A program made the translations under genes and the position numbers. From Blepharisma stoltei ATCC 30299 (lineage: Eukaryota > Protista > Ciliophora), in assembly GCA_965603825.1 (NCBI GenBank), contig CBFDEM010000013.1, positions 806,001-870,000 of the forward strand: a stretch of 64,000 nucleotides of DNA, in the 5' to 3' direction. Of this stretch, positions 10,529 to 20,470 are shown in pieces (within the stretch, counting starts at the first letter, position 1; each line of letters opens with the position of its first letter). The notes beneath the pieces are model-generated. The model was given only the letters and a program-made list of their open reading frames with translations. It did not search any database and had not been told where the DNA came from.

Positions 10529-11344
10529 TTATGGCTCTCTAGCAGGATCAATAATTGCATCACGCTTGGCATAGCTTTTGAAAATCGTTATCCAGCAAGT
10601 GAAAATTATAAAAATCCACTCAAATCTTGATTTGAATACTCTCAATGCAAAATATGTCGCCTCAACAAACTTTGATGCTTCTTGGTTTTGTTTCACAAAT
10701 TTTTCAACTTTCGCTATCATAAACCACTCATATAATGCTAAAATTGCAGTAAAAATAGCCTAAATATCCAATACCAATGCAATAAGCATATCTCTATTCA
10801 AAAAAATTGCAAAAATTACAAAACTGCATATAATCGTAAAAAGTGCTACCAGTCTTGCTCCAGGCGCTGAAAAGCGACTATGCATACACTGAGCATAGCC
10901 TGCAGACATATAAACTGATATCATAAATATCGCTAATATCGTACAGACTAAAAAAGGTTTCCATACCATAGAGAGGTAGCTCAATAGCACAAGTTCTGAT
11001 AATATTACAAAAGACATCAGAAACACAGAAAACGAGGAATCTCTTAACCGACTATTCATGCATCATACATAAATATAGCAGCCTATATAAATAAGTCCAG
11101 CAATTAATGGGATTCAATAAATTGGCCATAAAATAGGAATTAGTCCATTACCAAAAATAGAAAGAATTAGGGTGGATAAAAGAGCAAAGAAATACTGGCT
11201 TGCTTCCATTACTAACACAACGGTGGGGAGAGAATATTTAGGAGGAATTGGAGCTACAATAATCTGCGTTCTGATATCAGTCAAGCCTCCGTCCACATTT
11301 AAAAGAGGGGCGCTTAAGCTTTCTTGGTTCATTTGTTCAGCCAT
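10529..11344 (-). CDS. Multi-pass membrane protein, ~266 aa (possibly Bax inhibitor-1/TMBIM-like)
   Basis: Three ORF-track pieces join through 2 TGA=Trp and intron 10760-10774. About 7 hydrophobic segments; the family call is weak. Confidence 0.6.
10760..10774 (-). other. 15-nt spliceosomal intron
   Basis: GTATTGGATATTTAG; retention gives an in-frame TAG. Confidence 0.85.
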
Positions 11345-11564
11345 TTTCAAATATTTTAATCGAATCTTACAAGATTACCTGAAAATTATTTTCTTTTTGG
11401 ATATGATGAATAAAAATAATTGAAAAGCTCTCAGGTTATATTTAATAAAGACATAGAAAATTTTATTAATAATTTTGTATAGGATTTAATTGATTATTTG
11501 GCAAATTGGTTATCTGTATAAGAATTAATTATTCAGTAATAAATAGTAGCTTATTATAAAAAAG

Positions 11565-11780
11565 ATGAGCTTTTATGATGAAATTGAGATAGAAGACATG
11601 GAATGGGTTGAGGATTTGCAAACATTTTTTTATCCTTGTCCTTGTGGAGATAAGTTCAGAATTTCATTTGAAGAACTTTGCTTGGGAGAAGAGGTCGCAA
11701 GGTGTCCAAGCTGTTCATTGATGATTCGAGTAATTTATGATGAAGAATCTTTAATGAATTATGGAAGCATAGACATTTAA
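11565..11780 (+). CDS. DPH3: Diphthamide biosynthesis protein 3 (KTI11, CSL zinc finger)
   Basis: [12 protein letters not shown]...[12 protein letters not shown]...[15 protein letters not shown]. Confidence 0.96.
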   Translation: MSFYDEIEIEDMEWVEDLQTFFYPCPCGDKFRISFEELCLGEEVARCPSCSLMIRVIYDEESLMNYGSIDI

Positions 11781-11990
11781 GAAAACACAAATATATGTAT
11801 AAAAGTAAAAGAAAAAAGAATAAACACAAACAGAAAGAAATTGAAAATTTTTTAATATAAAATTGAAAATTTTGATTTAATCCTTTAATGATGTTTATTT
11901 CTTAGATGTAAACAGAAGACAATTTAATTAAAATTATATTTAATTATTTCCATAAGCTTTTAATTTATAAAAATCTTGGTATATTTATAG

Positions 11991-12111
11991 TCTTTAGTTG
12001 CCTAATTTAAAGGCCATGCAGCAAAATCAGCGAATTTGTATTTTCTCCTGACGAAAAATTAATGTATTCTTGCAGTGATGAACTGCTAGAGTCTGGGATA
12101 TGAGACAAGAG
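11991..12111 (+). pseudogene. Decayed WD40-repeat fragment paralogous to 13090-13213
   Basis: Aligns by eye with the neighbouring gene (shared CCTGACGAAAAAT-AATGTATTCTTGCAGTGATG and TCTGGGATATGAG). Carries an in-frame TAA and small deletions. Confidence 0.85.
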
Positions 12112-12118
12112 GTTAGGC

Positions 12119-12201
12119 TATAGTCTGAAATCTCATATGTAATTGCCCAGGATGGCGCTTCTTGCGCCATCCTCGCTAGCGACCTTTCCTTTATAGTCTG
12201 A
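12119..12201. repeat. GC-rich hairpin element bounded by 10-nt direct repeats TATAGTCTGA
   Basis: Direct repeats at 12119-12128 and 12192-12201. Perfect 10-bp stem AGGATGGCGC-ttctt-GCGCCATCCT at 12149-12173. Palindrome TCGCTAGCGA at 12173-12182. Confidence 0.7.
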
Positions 12202-12729
12202 GTTTAAACCCAGATGAGGATGTGATATGAGGAAAACCAGTTTTGCTTTGAAAGTAATAATAGAGAAGATATTCACTTCTTCTCAATCAGCACGCTGCTT
12301 TTAAAGGCAGATTTTACTCTGGAGTCAAATATTGTGGAAAAATACCATTATAACTTAAACTGATGGGTATTCAGTAGCTGAAGTAAAATAATGATTAAAG
12401 TGGCAGCAAATTATACGAGCTGCTCAAGCTGAGAAGAAATAATATAACTCTTAATCTCAAAAATAAATATATAGCAAAAAAAATTTTCAATAAAGCAAAT
12501 TAAGCTTTAAAGTAAAATTAATTTGTGAATTTTATAAAAAAATACTAAAAAATTCACAAATGGAAACCGTTTCTTTTAATTTTAGAAATTCTTTGTGGCT
12601 CCTTACTCATTGAAAATATTTGACCTTAAGCTAAATTAACTATTTTTCAGCAACTCAGACTCTTAGTTTCATATTTTTAAGCATATATTTTTATTTAAGC
12701 AGATAATTGGATTTATAATAAAAAACTAA

Positions 12730-15700
12730 ATGAAAACAAAAACAAGTCCAATTTCAGCCTCTTCGGCAGACTCAGCAGGTAGTGTAGATCTTTCTTATCC
12801 AAATGACGATCTTCAGCAGCTAATCCAAGAAATAACTCAATATCAGCCAAAAGAGACTCAAACTCCATTCAAAGGTAACTGTCTACTGTTGACAGCTGAC
12901 CAAAGATTTTTCGTGTTTTGCAGTGTTGAAGGAAGGGTTGCTATTTTGGATAGAATTACAGGAGAAATAATTAATGATGTCCTGCTTCCTGGAGGAGGTC
13001 TTTATTCTATAGCTTTTTACCAAAATGAGACTTATGTCTTTTCAGGTGGCAAAGATACAGTTATCAGGCAGTTTCTTCTTAAAGATTTCTCTTTAGTGGC
13101 TCAATTTAAAGGTCACACAGAAAAAATCAGTGAAATTATGTTTTCCCCTGACGAAAAATGAATGTATTCTTGCAGTGATGATGGAACTGTCAGAATCTGG
13201 GATATGAGCCAGGAAAGTGTTTCATTTATAATGTATAAGCATGATGACCGAGCTTTGTCTATGGATATGGCTAGAGATGGGACTATTCTAGTAACTGGTG
13301 GCGCTGATAAAGTAGTAAAAGTGTGCGACTTAACTGAAAAAAAATTAATTACAACTATTACTGGACCAACTAACAGTGTATGGGAAATAAGTATAAACAA
13401 AGCAAAAACAATGATAGCCGCTGGAGATAATGATGGAGTTGCGTGGATATGGAAATTTGAGACGTGGGAAGTACTTCATAAGTTACAAGGGCATTCAAAA
13501 CGTGTTTCGTGTTTAGATTTTATAGATAATGATGCCAGAATAGTTACAGCAAGCAATGATGGCTCAGTCAGAATCTGGGATTTAACCAAAAATATGAACC
13601 CAGTTATCATGGAAAGACATACAAATTGGATAAAGTCTATGTTAATCAGTCCTGATGAAGAATATATTTTTACTATATCAGAAGACTATAAGCTAATTTC
13701 CTGGAAAATTCTCCCTGCCAGAAACGAAATAAAGCTGGTTGGCCACACGTCTAATATTTATAACACCCTTTATTCTCTCAAACGCAATGTTTTCCTTACA
13801 AATGCCAATGACAAAATGGTCATCAAATGGGATCCATATGCCCAAAAAAAGCTTCATCAATGGGATCACAAAGATGGAATTTATGCTATGTGCATGACTG
13901 CTGATGAAAAATATGTGATTGCTTGTACTGCAGGTAAAGAAATGTATTTTCTTAACCTCGATACCCATGAATCAATACAATTTGATTACTGTAAAGATGA
14001 TCTTGACCAATCTTTAAAGCCAATTATCAAAGCTATTATTGCAACACCTGATAATAAATATATAATTACAGGGGACACTGCTTTTAGATTAACTGTAAGA
14101 GAATATCAAGATCCTACAGGCGGCGCAGATTTGCCAATTAAATATATTTTCAGAAAGCAAACTAATACTGTGTGGTCTTTAGCTGTAAACAGTGACTCTT
14201 CAATAATTTTTTCAGGTAGCGAAGATGCAACTATTGTGATGTATAGCTTAATTGAATGAGCACCAATAGCAACACTTGAAGGGCATACAAAAAAAGTAAA
14301 ATGTTTATCAGTCTCAAAAGATGATAGGATTTTGATTTCAGGGTCTTGGGACTCAACATTTAGGATCTGAAGCATCCCAAAGAGAACTTGTCTGAAGGAA
14401 TTTACATATCATACAGGAGCAATTAACCAGATTTATTTTCCAAATACAGAAAATTATTTTATCGTGGCTTCAACTGACTGCACAGTGTCATTTTGGAATA
14501 TGAGGGATTATAATTTTATAACTCAGCTGAAATATAATGATCTTTGCTTAGCTCTCACATTGACTCCTGATGAAAAAGTTTTAATTGTGGTCGAAAAAGA
14601 ATTTGTGTATTTACGAGAAAACCCAATGATGAATAATGAGTTTGCAATCTATGGCACTGGCTCAAATCAATACAAGCTGATAGATTATGCTTATCGTCTT
14701 ATAAATGGCAAACCTGAGCCACATGACCCAATACTTGATAAATATATTTTTACTCCTACGCTTACCAATATGGCACATTTATACGCATATTTTAATCATC
14801 CTGATTTACTTTCCTCAGCCTTTGATAATGGAGTTTCACTATTAAACTCTAAAAACCAAAAAAATCCATTATCAATTGCTATAAACAAAGATTATATAGA
14901 CTGTGTATACTCTACTTTGAATTATCTTAAAACCAAAGTATCTAATGATCCTTATGCAATGCTTTTCTTCGAAAACGATCTGATTGATTTAAATAAAAGA
15001 GGTATTTCATTGCTAGATGAAGTCTATGATGTCTTATTGATTAAAGGAACAGAAGAATGGTTACCCAAGTTTTGTTCATCCAATAATAGACTGCCTAAGA
15101 TAATTGGATCTTTTCATCTTGATCCAGACCCAACTGATTTTTTACCTGCTGAAAGCTTTAAAGCAGAAAATGTAGCTGGGAGTGGAAAAGCTATCAATTT
15201 TTATTATTCTGCTATTAGTCTTGATATGGAGTTAGGCTCAAGCGGCAGTATTGCGTTTATGAACAGCGTTGTTAACTGCTCAAACCAAGATATATATAGG
15301 ACGCAATTAGTAAAAGAAATCTTAGACAAAAAGTGGCAAAAAATCTGATGGTTTGTCGTACTGGAATCTTTATTTTATTGAAGCTACTTATTGACATTTA
15401 CAATTTATATCGTGAATTTTGTAGGAGAAGGCGGCTATTTGGCGCTTCCGTTCTTTTTTAATGAAGTTTTAATGTTCTATGAAATTTATCAAGTAGCTTC
15501 AGGAGGGTGGATGTATTTTTCAGACTACTGAAATTATATCGACATTTCAAGCCTTGCACTATTTAATGCTTATGCTTTTTCTATCTGGAGTGGTGATATA
15601 GATCCAACAGGTAACAAATTAAATACAATTTTGGTAGTTATAACTCTCCTAGCCTTTATTAGAGGAATTTCGTATTTCACTGTTTGACAGGAGACAAGAT

Positions 15701-16491
15701 ATATGATAAACCTGTTGGCGGTGGTTTTTATACATATGATACCTTTCTTGATACTGCTATTTTATACAACCATTACTTTTGCATTGCTACTTTATGCATA
15801 TGAATCAGACCCTTCTTTAGATTTTATTACTTTTCTTGAAAATTCATATACATTGAACTTAGGCGGCATTGAAACTGATGGCTACGATTCTATGGATTGG
15901 GTAATTTTTGGCTTGTCCACACTTGTTAACCCTATTGTTATGCTTAACCTCCTGATTGCTATCCTCGGTGACAGCTTTAACGATGTCCAAGACAACCAAG
16001 AAATCGCTGATAAAAAAGAACTCGCTTCCATCATTCTTGATATCGAACTTCTTATGTCTTGGAAGTGAAAATCAAACAAAAAAACATTTTTACAAATCTG
16101 CAGTGAAGAAAAAATAGATGCAATCAGTAGCTGAAACGGCAAAAAGAAAGACCTTGAAGTTACATTAGATACGCTTACAGAAACCCTTAAAAGAAACTAC
16201 AGAAATATGCAAAAAAGCGTTGATAGCGCTACCGCTGCTTTTGAAGAATTAAAAAATAAATTAGATGGGAAAGAAAAAAAGAAAGAAGGCGAAGAAGAAG
16301 AAAAAAAAGAAGAAAAAGAGAAAACAGAAGAAGAAAAAAAGAAAGAAGAAGAGGAAAAGAAAAGCATAAAAGAAAAGATGATGCAGAAAGAAGAAGATCT
16401 GCTCAAAAAAATCAAAGCATGTTACGAAAAGTTTTCTCAATTAGAAAAGATAGCTTCTGAAGTCATAACGGAGCAAAGGCCCGGAGACTAA
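12730..16491 (+). CDS. WD40-repeat + ankyrin-like + TRP-like cation channel, 1253 aa (9 TGA=Trp)
   Basis: One frame from 12730 to TAA 16491. Many GH...WD repeats, ankyrin-like KNPLSIAINK, S2-S3 YFSDY-W-NYID, S6 NPIVMLNLLIAILGDSF, and an E/K-rich coiled-coil tail. Confidence 0.88.
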
Positions 16492-16603
16492 AACTATATT
16501 TAAATATTTTATAGGTTTTATATATAAAATCAGTTAAATTTCAACTTATTATTAAAATGCTATGCATAAATCTGTATCTGATTCATTTTGACATTTAAAT
16601 ATT

Positions 16604-17221
16604 ATGATAATTTTCCTTTTGTCACTCATATCAAGTGTTTCCTCATATGAATGCGGCGGAACAACCTCAAAATCGTCATACAAAGTAGGAGACCGTATCC
16701 CAGTTTGTGTAATTTTTTGAAATGGCTCAACCACAAAAACTATCACTTTTTACCCTAAGCTAGATGACTATTCAGCAGTAGAAGTCAAAGGAATGTTCGC
16801 AGGAATCCTAGCAACAGGGAATTATAGCTTAGCTGTACAAGCAGAAGCAGGTAGTAATACAACATTCCTCCAATATATACAAACAGGTGCTCACAATGTT
16901 TCTGACTTCGTAGCTCCAGTCTACAGTGTCGTCGTCGAAATGAGGGATGGAAAAGTAAAAGACGTAGTCTGGGACAATGACTGTGACCTTTGTGACTATG
17001 GCTGCCTGACCGATACAGGAGATGTCTGCACGGTGGACTTGTGTGATTTGCAAACGAACTCAACAGACCCTCTTAAGTCTGATTGTGACCCCAAAATCTA
17101 CGTCTCTTGGATGGGAAAAGATGACTCAGGAAATTATCTTATGAGCGCTGGGTACCGAATTTCTCAGTTCAGGAAATACAGTTTATATGATACTTATAAG
17201 AGCGCAAAGAAGAGCTTTTAA
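16604..17221 (+). CDS. Secreted Cys-containing protein, 205 aa (resembles the plant Expp1-like family)
   Basis: Signal peptide MIIFLLSLISSVSS, 1 TGA=Trp, VVWDNDCDLC...CDPKIYVSWMGKD...QFRKYSLYDTY. Confidence 0.65.
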
Positions 17222-17270
17222 TTAAGATTTATAATAGGATTTATAATTGATTGATAAACAGTTGTTAAGA

Positions 17271-19139
17271 TTAGAGGAAAGTGCTGTTATCGGGGGTTGC
17301 TTTGCTATAAGTCATGCCTGAAAAGATATGTCTGGTTTTGATTAATTGTTCAGCTTGGGCGTGGTTTCCAAGTTTTAGAGAAATATAGATAGCGAGACTG
17401 AGGATAGGAGCTGGGACTGGCTGAGAAGGCTGAGTTTGAGGCTGAAAAGTAATGTTTAGAAGGTTTAAAGCGGAATTTAAAGCTTGCTGTGCGAGAGGAA
17501 TGTTGCCTGAATGCAAATGGGCACAGGTGAGATTTATGCTTTGAATATATCTAGAATTTTGGTCTTCAGTAAACACTGCTGAATTCGGTGACAAAGTGGA
17601 GTGGCATTTTATTTTTAATTCTTTTGGGATATGAGAAAGGTATTCTATAGCTTGTCTAGGCTTTCCTAAAATAAGCAGTGCTTCAGACGCATACATTGTA
17701 GCAATAAATCTTTGAGGATCAGTTATATCCATATGCAAAAGCTGCTGGGCTGAAGATAACGCACATTGAGGTTGAGAATTCATAGCAGAATAACACAGTA
17801 ATAGCAAAATATGGACTTTTAGCTCTTCGTCCTTGCACAGTGTCAAAGCATTTCTTAAACATTTTATTGCTTTTTCAAGCGGCCCTTCTTGCACTTTTTC
17901 ATCTTCGTCTTTAAAAATATACGTCACTTTGGACGGAAGGACATATTTTTTATCATTTTGAGACATACAAATATCGCTCAGCATCTCTCGTCTCCCGATT
18001 TCAAGTCCTTGTAGGCTCAGCATTACATAACATTCAGCAGCTCGGTACCAGAATAGTGGTTTTCCTTGCATTATTGAAGCAATTTCATGCAGACAGTCTA
18101 AAGCTTGTTTTGGCTTATGAGAATTAATAAAGGATAACGCTGAGTTATATAGGAGTTCCCCTCTTCTTTGTGAAGCATAATGAGTTATAGTGGCAAGAGG
18201 CTTAGAACTGTCAATTAAAGTTTGGTTTCTGAGAGTCCCACAAGCTTTGGAAAAATAAAAACGTGCCAGTTTTGGCTTTCCTAAGCGTAAATGGATACAG
18301 CCAAGGTTGTTGTAATGGAAAATAGGGTGACTTAGTTTTTCTTTTGATGGCTGACAGGACGGGTGGGATTGCCGGTCACCTAAAACGGGCAAAATTTCAA
18401 GCTGGGCTCTATTTAAATGCTGAAGTGTAGAGTTCATGTTTCCTTCTGTATATGCGATTTCTGCATTTAAGTAGTTCTTAATAGCAAAATATTGTGAAGC
18501 CAGCATCGCAAACATCTCAGGGTCATAATTTTCTGATTTTACTTTGGTCACCCAGTTTTGTTCAGCTTCATTTAGCGCTTTTTTAGCTGGTTCTGCTTCA
18601 GATAATAATAAATGGTATCTACATCTCAGGACATTTGTAGCGAACCAATATTCCCCTTCGCTAAGCTCATCACTTGATTTATCATCGACCCAGCTTCCTA
18701 TAATAAGTGGATGGAAAATGCCTTTTTCTGGGTTAAGTTTTAGCACGCTTGAATATATCCCTGATTTTTCTAAGGTTTCTAAGGCTGCGTTGGCTTCTTC
18801 TTTGAGTTCCATTGCAAGATAAGTCTCAATTCGTAGAAAAGAAATTTTGATACTTATATAGTCGTCAATGCAGTCAAGGCTTGAACAAAGAGGTGTAAGG
18901 TATTGAAGAACTGCCCCATAGTGTTCTAAATAAAATGATAAAACACTCTTATTGTAGATGCTTACTGCTGATGGGCAGTCAAGGGATATCATCCGATCTA
19001 AAAGCTCTTGAGGATCTTTGCAGCCTTGTCGATAATATTTCACAACCTCAAGATTATGCTTATTTTGGTCCCGATTTTTTTCGAGCTCTTCTAAAGCTGC
19101 TTGGAAGTTGCCTTCTGCAAAGAGACTAAAACTCCCCAT
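17271..19139 (-). CDS. CNOT10: CCR4-NOT complex subunit 10 (TPR repeats)
   Basis: YNNLGCIHLRLGKPKLARFYFSKA, RRGELLYNSAL, PLFWYRAAECYV and MYASEALLILG match CNOT10 motifs. Confidence 0.88.
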   Translation of the reverse strand: MGSFSLFAEGNFQAALEELEKNRDQNKHNLEVVKYYRQGCKDPQELLDRMISLDCPSAVSIYNKSVLSFYLEHYGAVLQYLTPLCSSLDCIDDYISIKISFLRIETYLAMELKEEANAALETLEKSGIYSSVLKLNPEKGIFHPLIIGSWVDDKSSDELSEGEYWFATNVLRCRYHLLLSEAEPAKKALNEAEQNWVTKVKSENYDPEMFAMLASQYFAIKNYLNAEIAYTEGNMNSTLQHLNRAQLEILPVLGDRQSHPSCQPSKEKLSHPIFHYNNLGCIHLRLGKPKLARFYFSKACGTLRNQTLIDSSKPLATITHYASQRRGELLYNSALSFINSHKPKQALDCLHEIASIMQGKPLFWYRAAECYVMLSLQGLEIGRREMLSDICMSQNDKKYVLPSKVTYIFKDEDEKVQEGPLEKAIKCLRNALTLCKDEELKVHILLLLCYSAMNSQPQCALSSAQQLLHMDITDPQRFIATMYASEALLILGKPRQAIEYLSHIPKELKIKCHSTLSPNSAVFTEDQNSRYIQSINLTCAHLHSGNIPLAQQALNSALNLLNITFQPQTQPSQPVPAPILSLAIYISLKLGNHAQAEQLIKTRHIFSGMTYSKATPDNSTFL

Positions 19140-19168
19140 AAATTTTATTAATCTTATATGAAAATGGG

Positions 19169-20197
19169 TTATAGCTTAGGTGATCCACTAGTGACTCTAA
19201 CAAGGACTTTTCCTGTGTTTTCCCCTTTTAATAGTAAACGTAAAGCAGATGGGGCATTTTCTAAGCCATCGACGACGTGTTCGCTAAATTTAAGCTTCTT
19301 TTGTTGGAGTCACTTGCTGAGATGCTTTGTAGCGAGGCCGTACTTGTTTTTGAAGTCAAATACAATGAAGCCGACTATTGTGGCTGACATAGAAATTATG
19401 AGTCTAAATTACCATTACGGGTAATAATGCACAGGAGGTGCTGTCTTTTTATTATATGATGAAATCGCCCCACACATAACAATTCTTGCGTATTTATTGA
19501 TATTTAATAGTGCAGCGTCCAAAATTTCTCCACCAACGTTGTCTATGTATACATCAACACCATCAGGACAAGCAGCTTTTATAGCTTGTGACAGATTTTC
19601 AACCTTTTTATAATTAATAGCTCCATCAATTCCTAGTTCTCTTGTAAGGTATTGGCATTTCTCATCAGAACCAGTTAGCCCGATAACTTTGCAGCCTTTC
19701 ATTTTCCCCATCTGGCATATTAAGGAGCCAACAGCCCCTGCAGCAGTTGAAACAAGCATTGTTTCGCCTTGTTTTGGCTTAGCTAGTTCATTTACTGTGA
19801 AATAAGCAGTAAGGCCGGTTATCCCTAGAACTCCTAAAAATAATCGAGGATTCTCATGAGGTGGGAGAAGAGTCAAATGATTTGCAGGTAGCTTTGAGTA
19901 TTCTTGCCAGCCAAGGAGTCCTGATACGTAGTTTCCTTTTTTAAAAGCGTGGCTCTGTGATTCAATGACTTGGCCAATGCCGAGACCTTTTATAACTCCG
20001 CCAACAGGCACTGGGTCAGTATATGATCTTTGGCCTGAAATATAAACTCTTTGTGAAGCATCAACAGACAGCCATTCTACCTTGACTAAGACTTCTCCTT
20101 CTTTAAGTTGGCCAATTGGCTCTTCAATGACTGAGAAATCTTCATCTTTTGGTAAATCCACAGGGCGCTTAGCCAAAATGACTCTTTTGTTCATCAT
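19169..20197 (-). CDS. NADP-dependent alkenal/prostaglandin reductase (PTGR/CurA-like MDR), ~337 aa
   Basis: LGVLGITGLTAYF, VSTAAGAVGS, CPDGVDVYIDNVGG, CGAISSYN and GENTGKVLV. Intron 19404-19418, 1 TGA=Trp, ends PKL-TAA. Confidence 0.92.
19404..19418 (-). other. 15-nt spliceosomal intron
   Basis: GTAATGGTAATTTAG; retention gives an in-frame TAA. Confidence 0.9.
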
Positions 20198-20470
20198 GGA
20201 AATAATAGAAGATGACGCAGCATAATAAATGAAAATAGCAAGACAGATTATTGGTAGTCCTTAAATTTTAAATCTGCAAATAAATAATCTTCCAAATAGT
20301 TTAGCGCCTTTAGGTATTATGACACAAATTATATTGATTTCTAGCTAAATCTATATAATAGCTTAAATTTAAATGCTAAATAATTTTAAATTAATTGAAA
20401 ATAATGCTCAATGATTATTAATTCTAAAATTTTATATTTAATCAGCACCATCAAGTAATCAATAGTAAAT

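Noticed and set aside
12111-12240. RNase P RNA or hammerhead ribozyme
   Set aside because: The minus strand has TTCAGACTA (CR-V-like), but the nearby GGAAAGGTCGC cannot form the P4 pairing. CAGATGAG is not the CTGATGA hammerhead core. Kept only as an unassigned structured element.
12214-12447. 77-aa ORF open under TGA=Trp
   Set aside because: It has four TGA and no recognisable motif, and a frame of this length arises easily by chance with only two stop codons.
16268-16375. GAA/AAA-rich tract as a tandem repeat or microsatellite
   Set aside because: It is the E/K-rich coding tail of the channel gene, with no fixed repeat unit.
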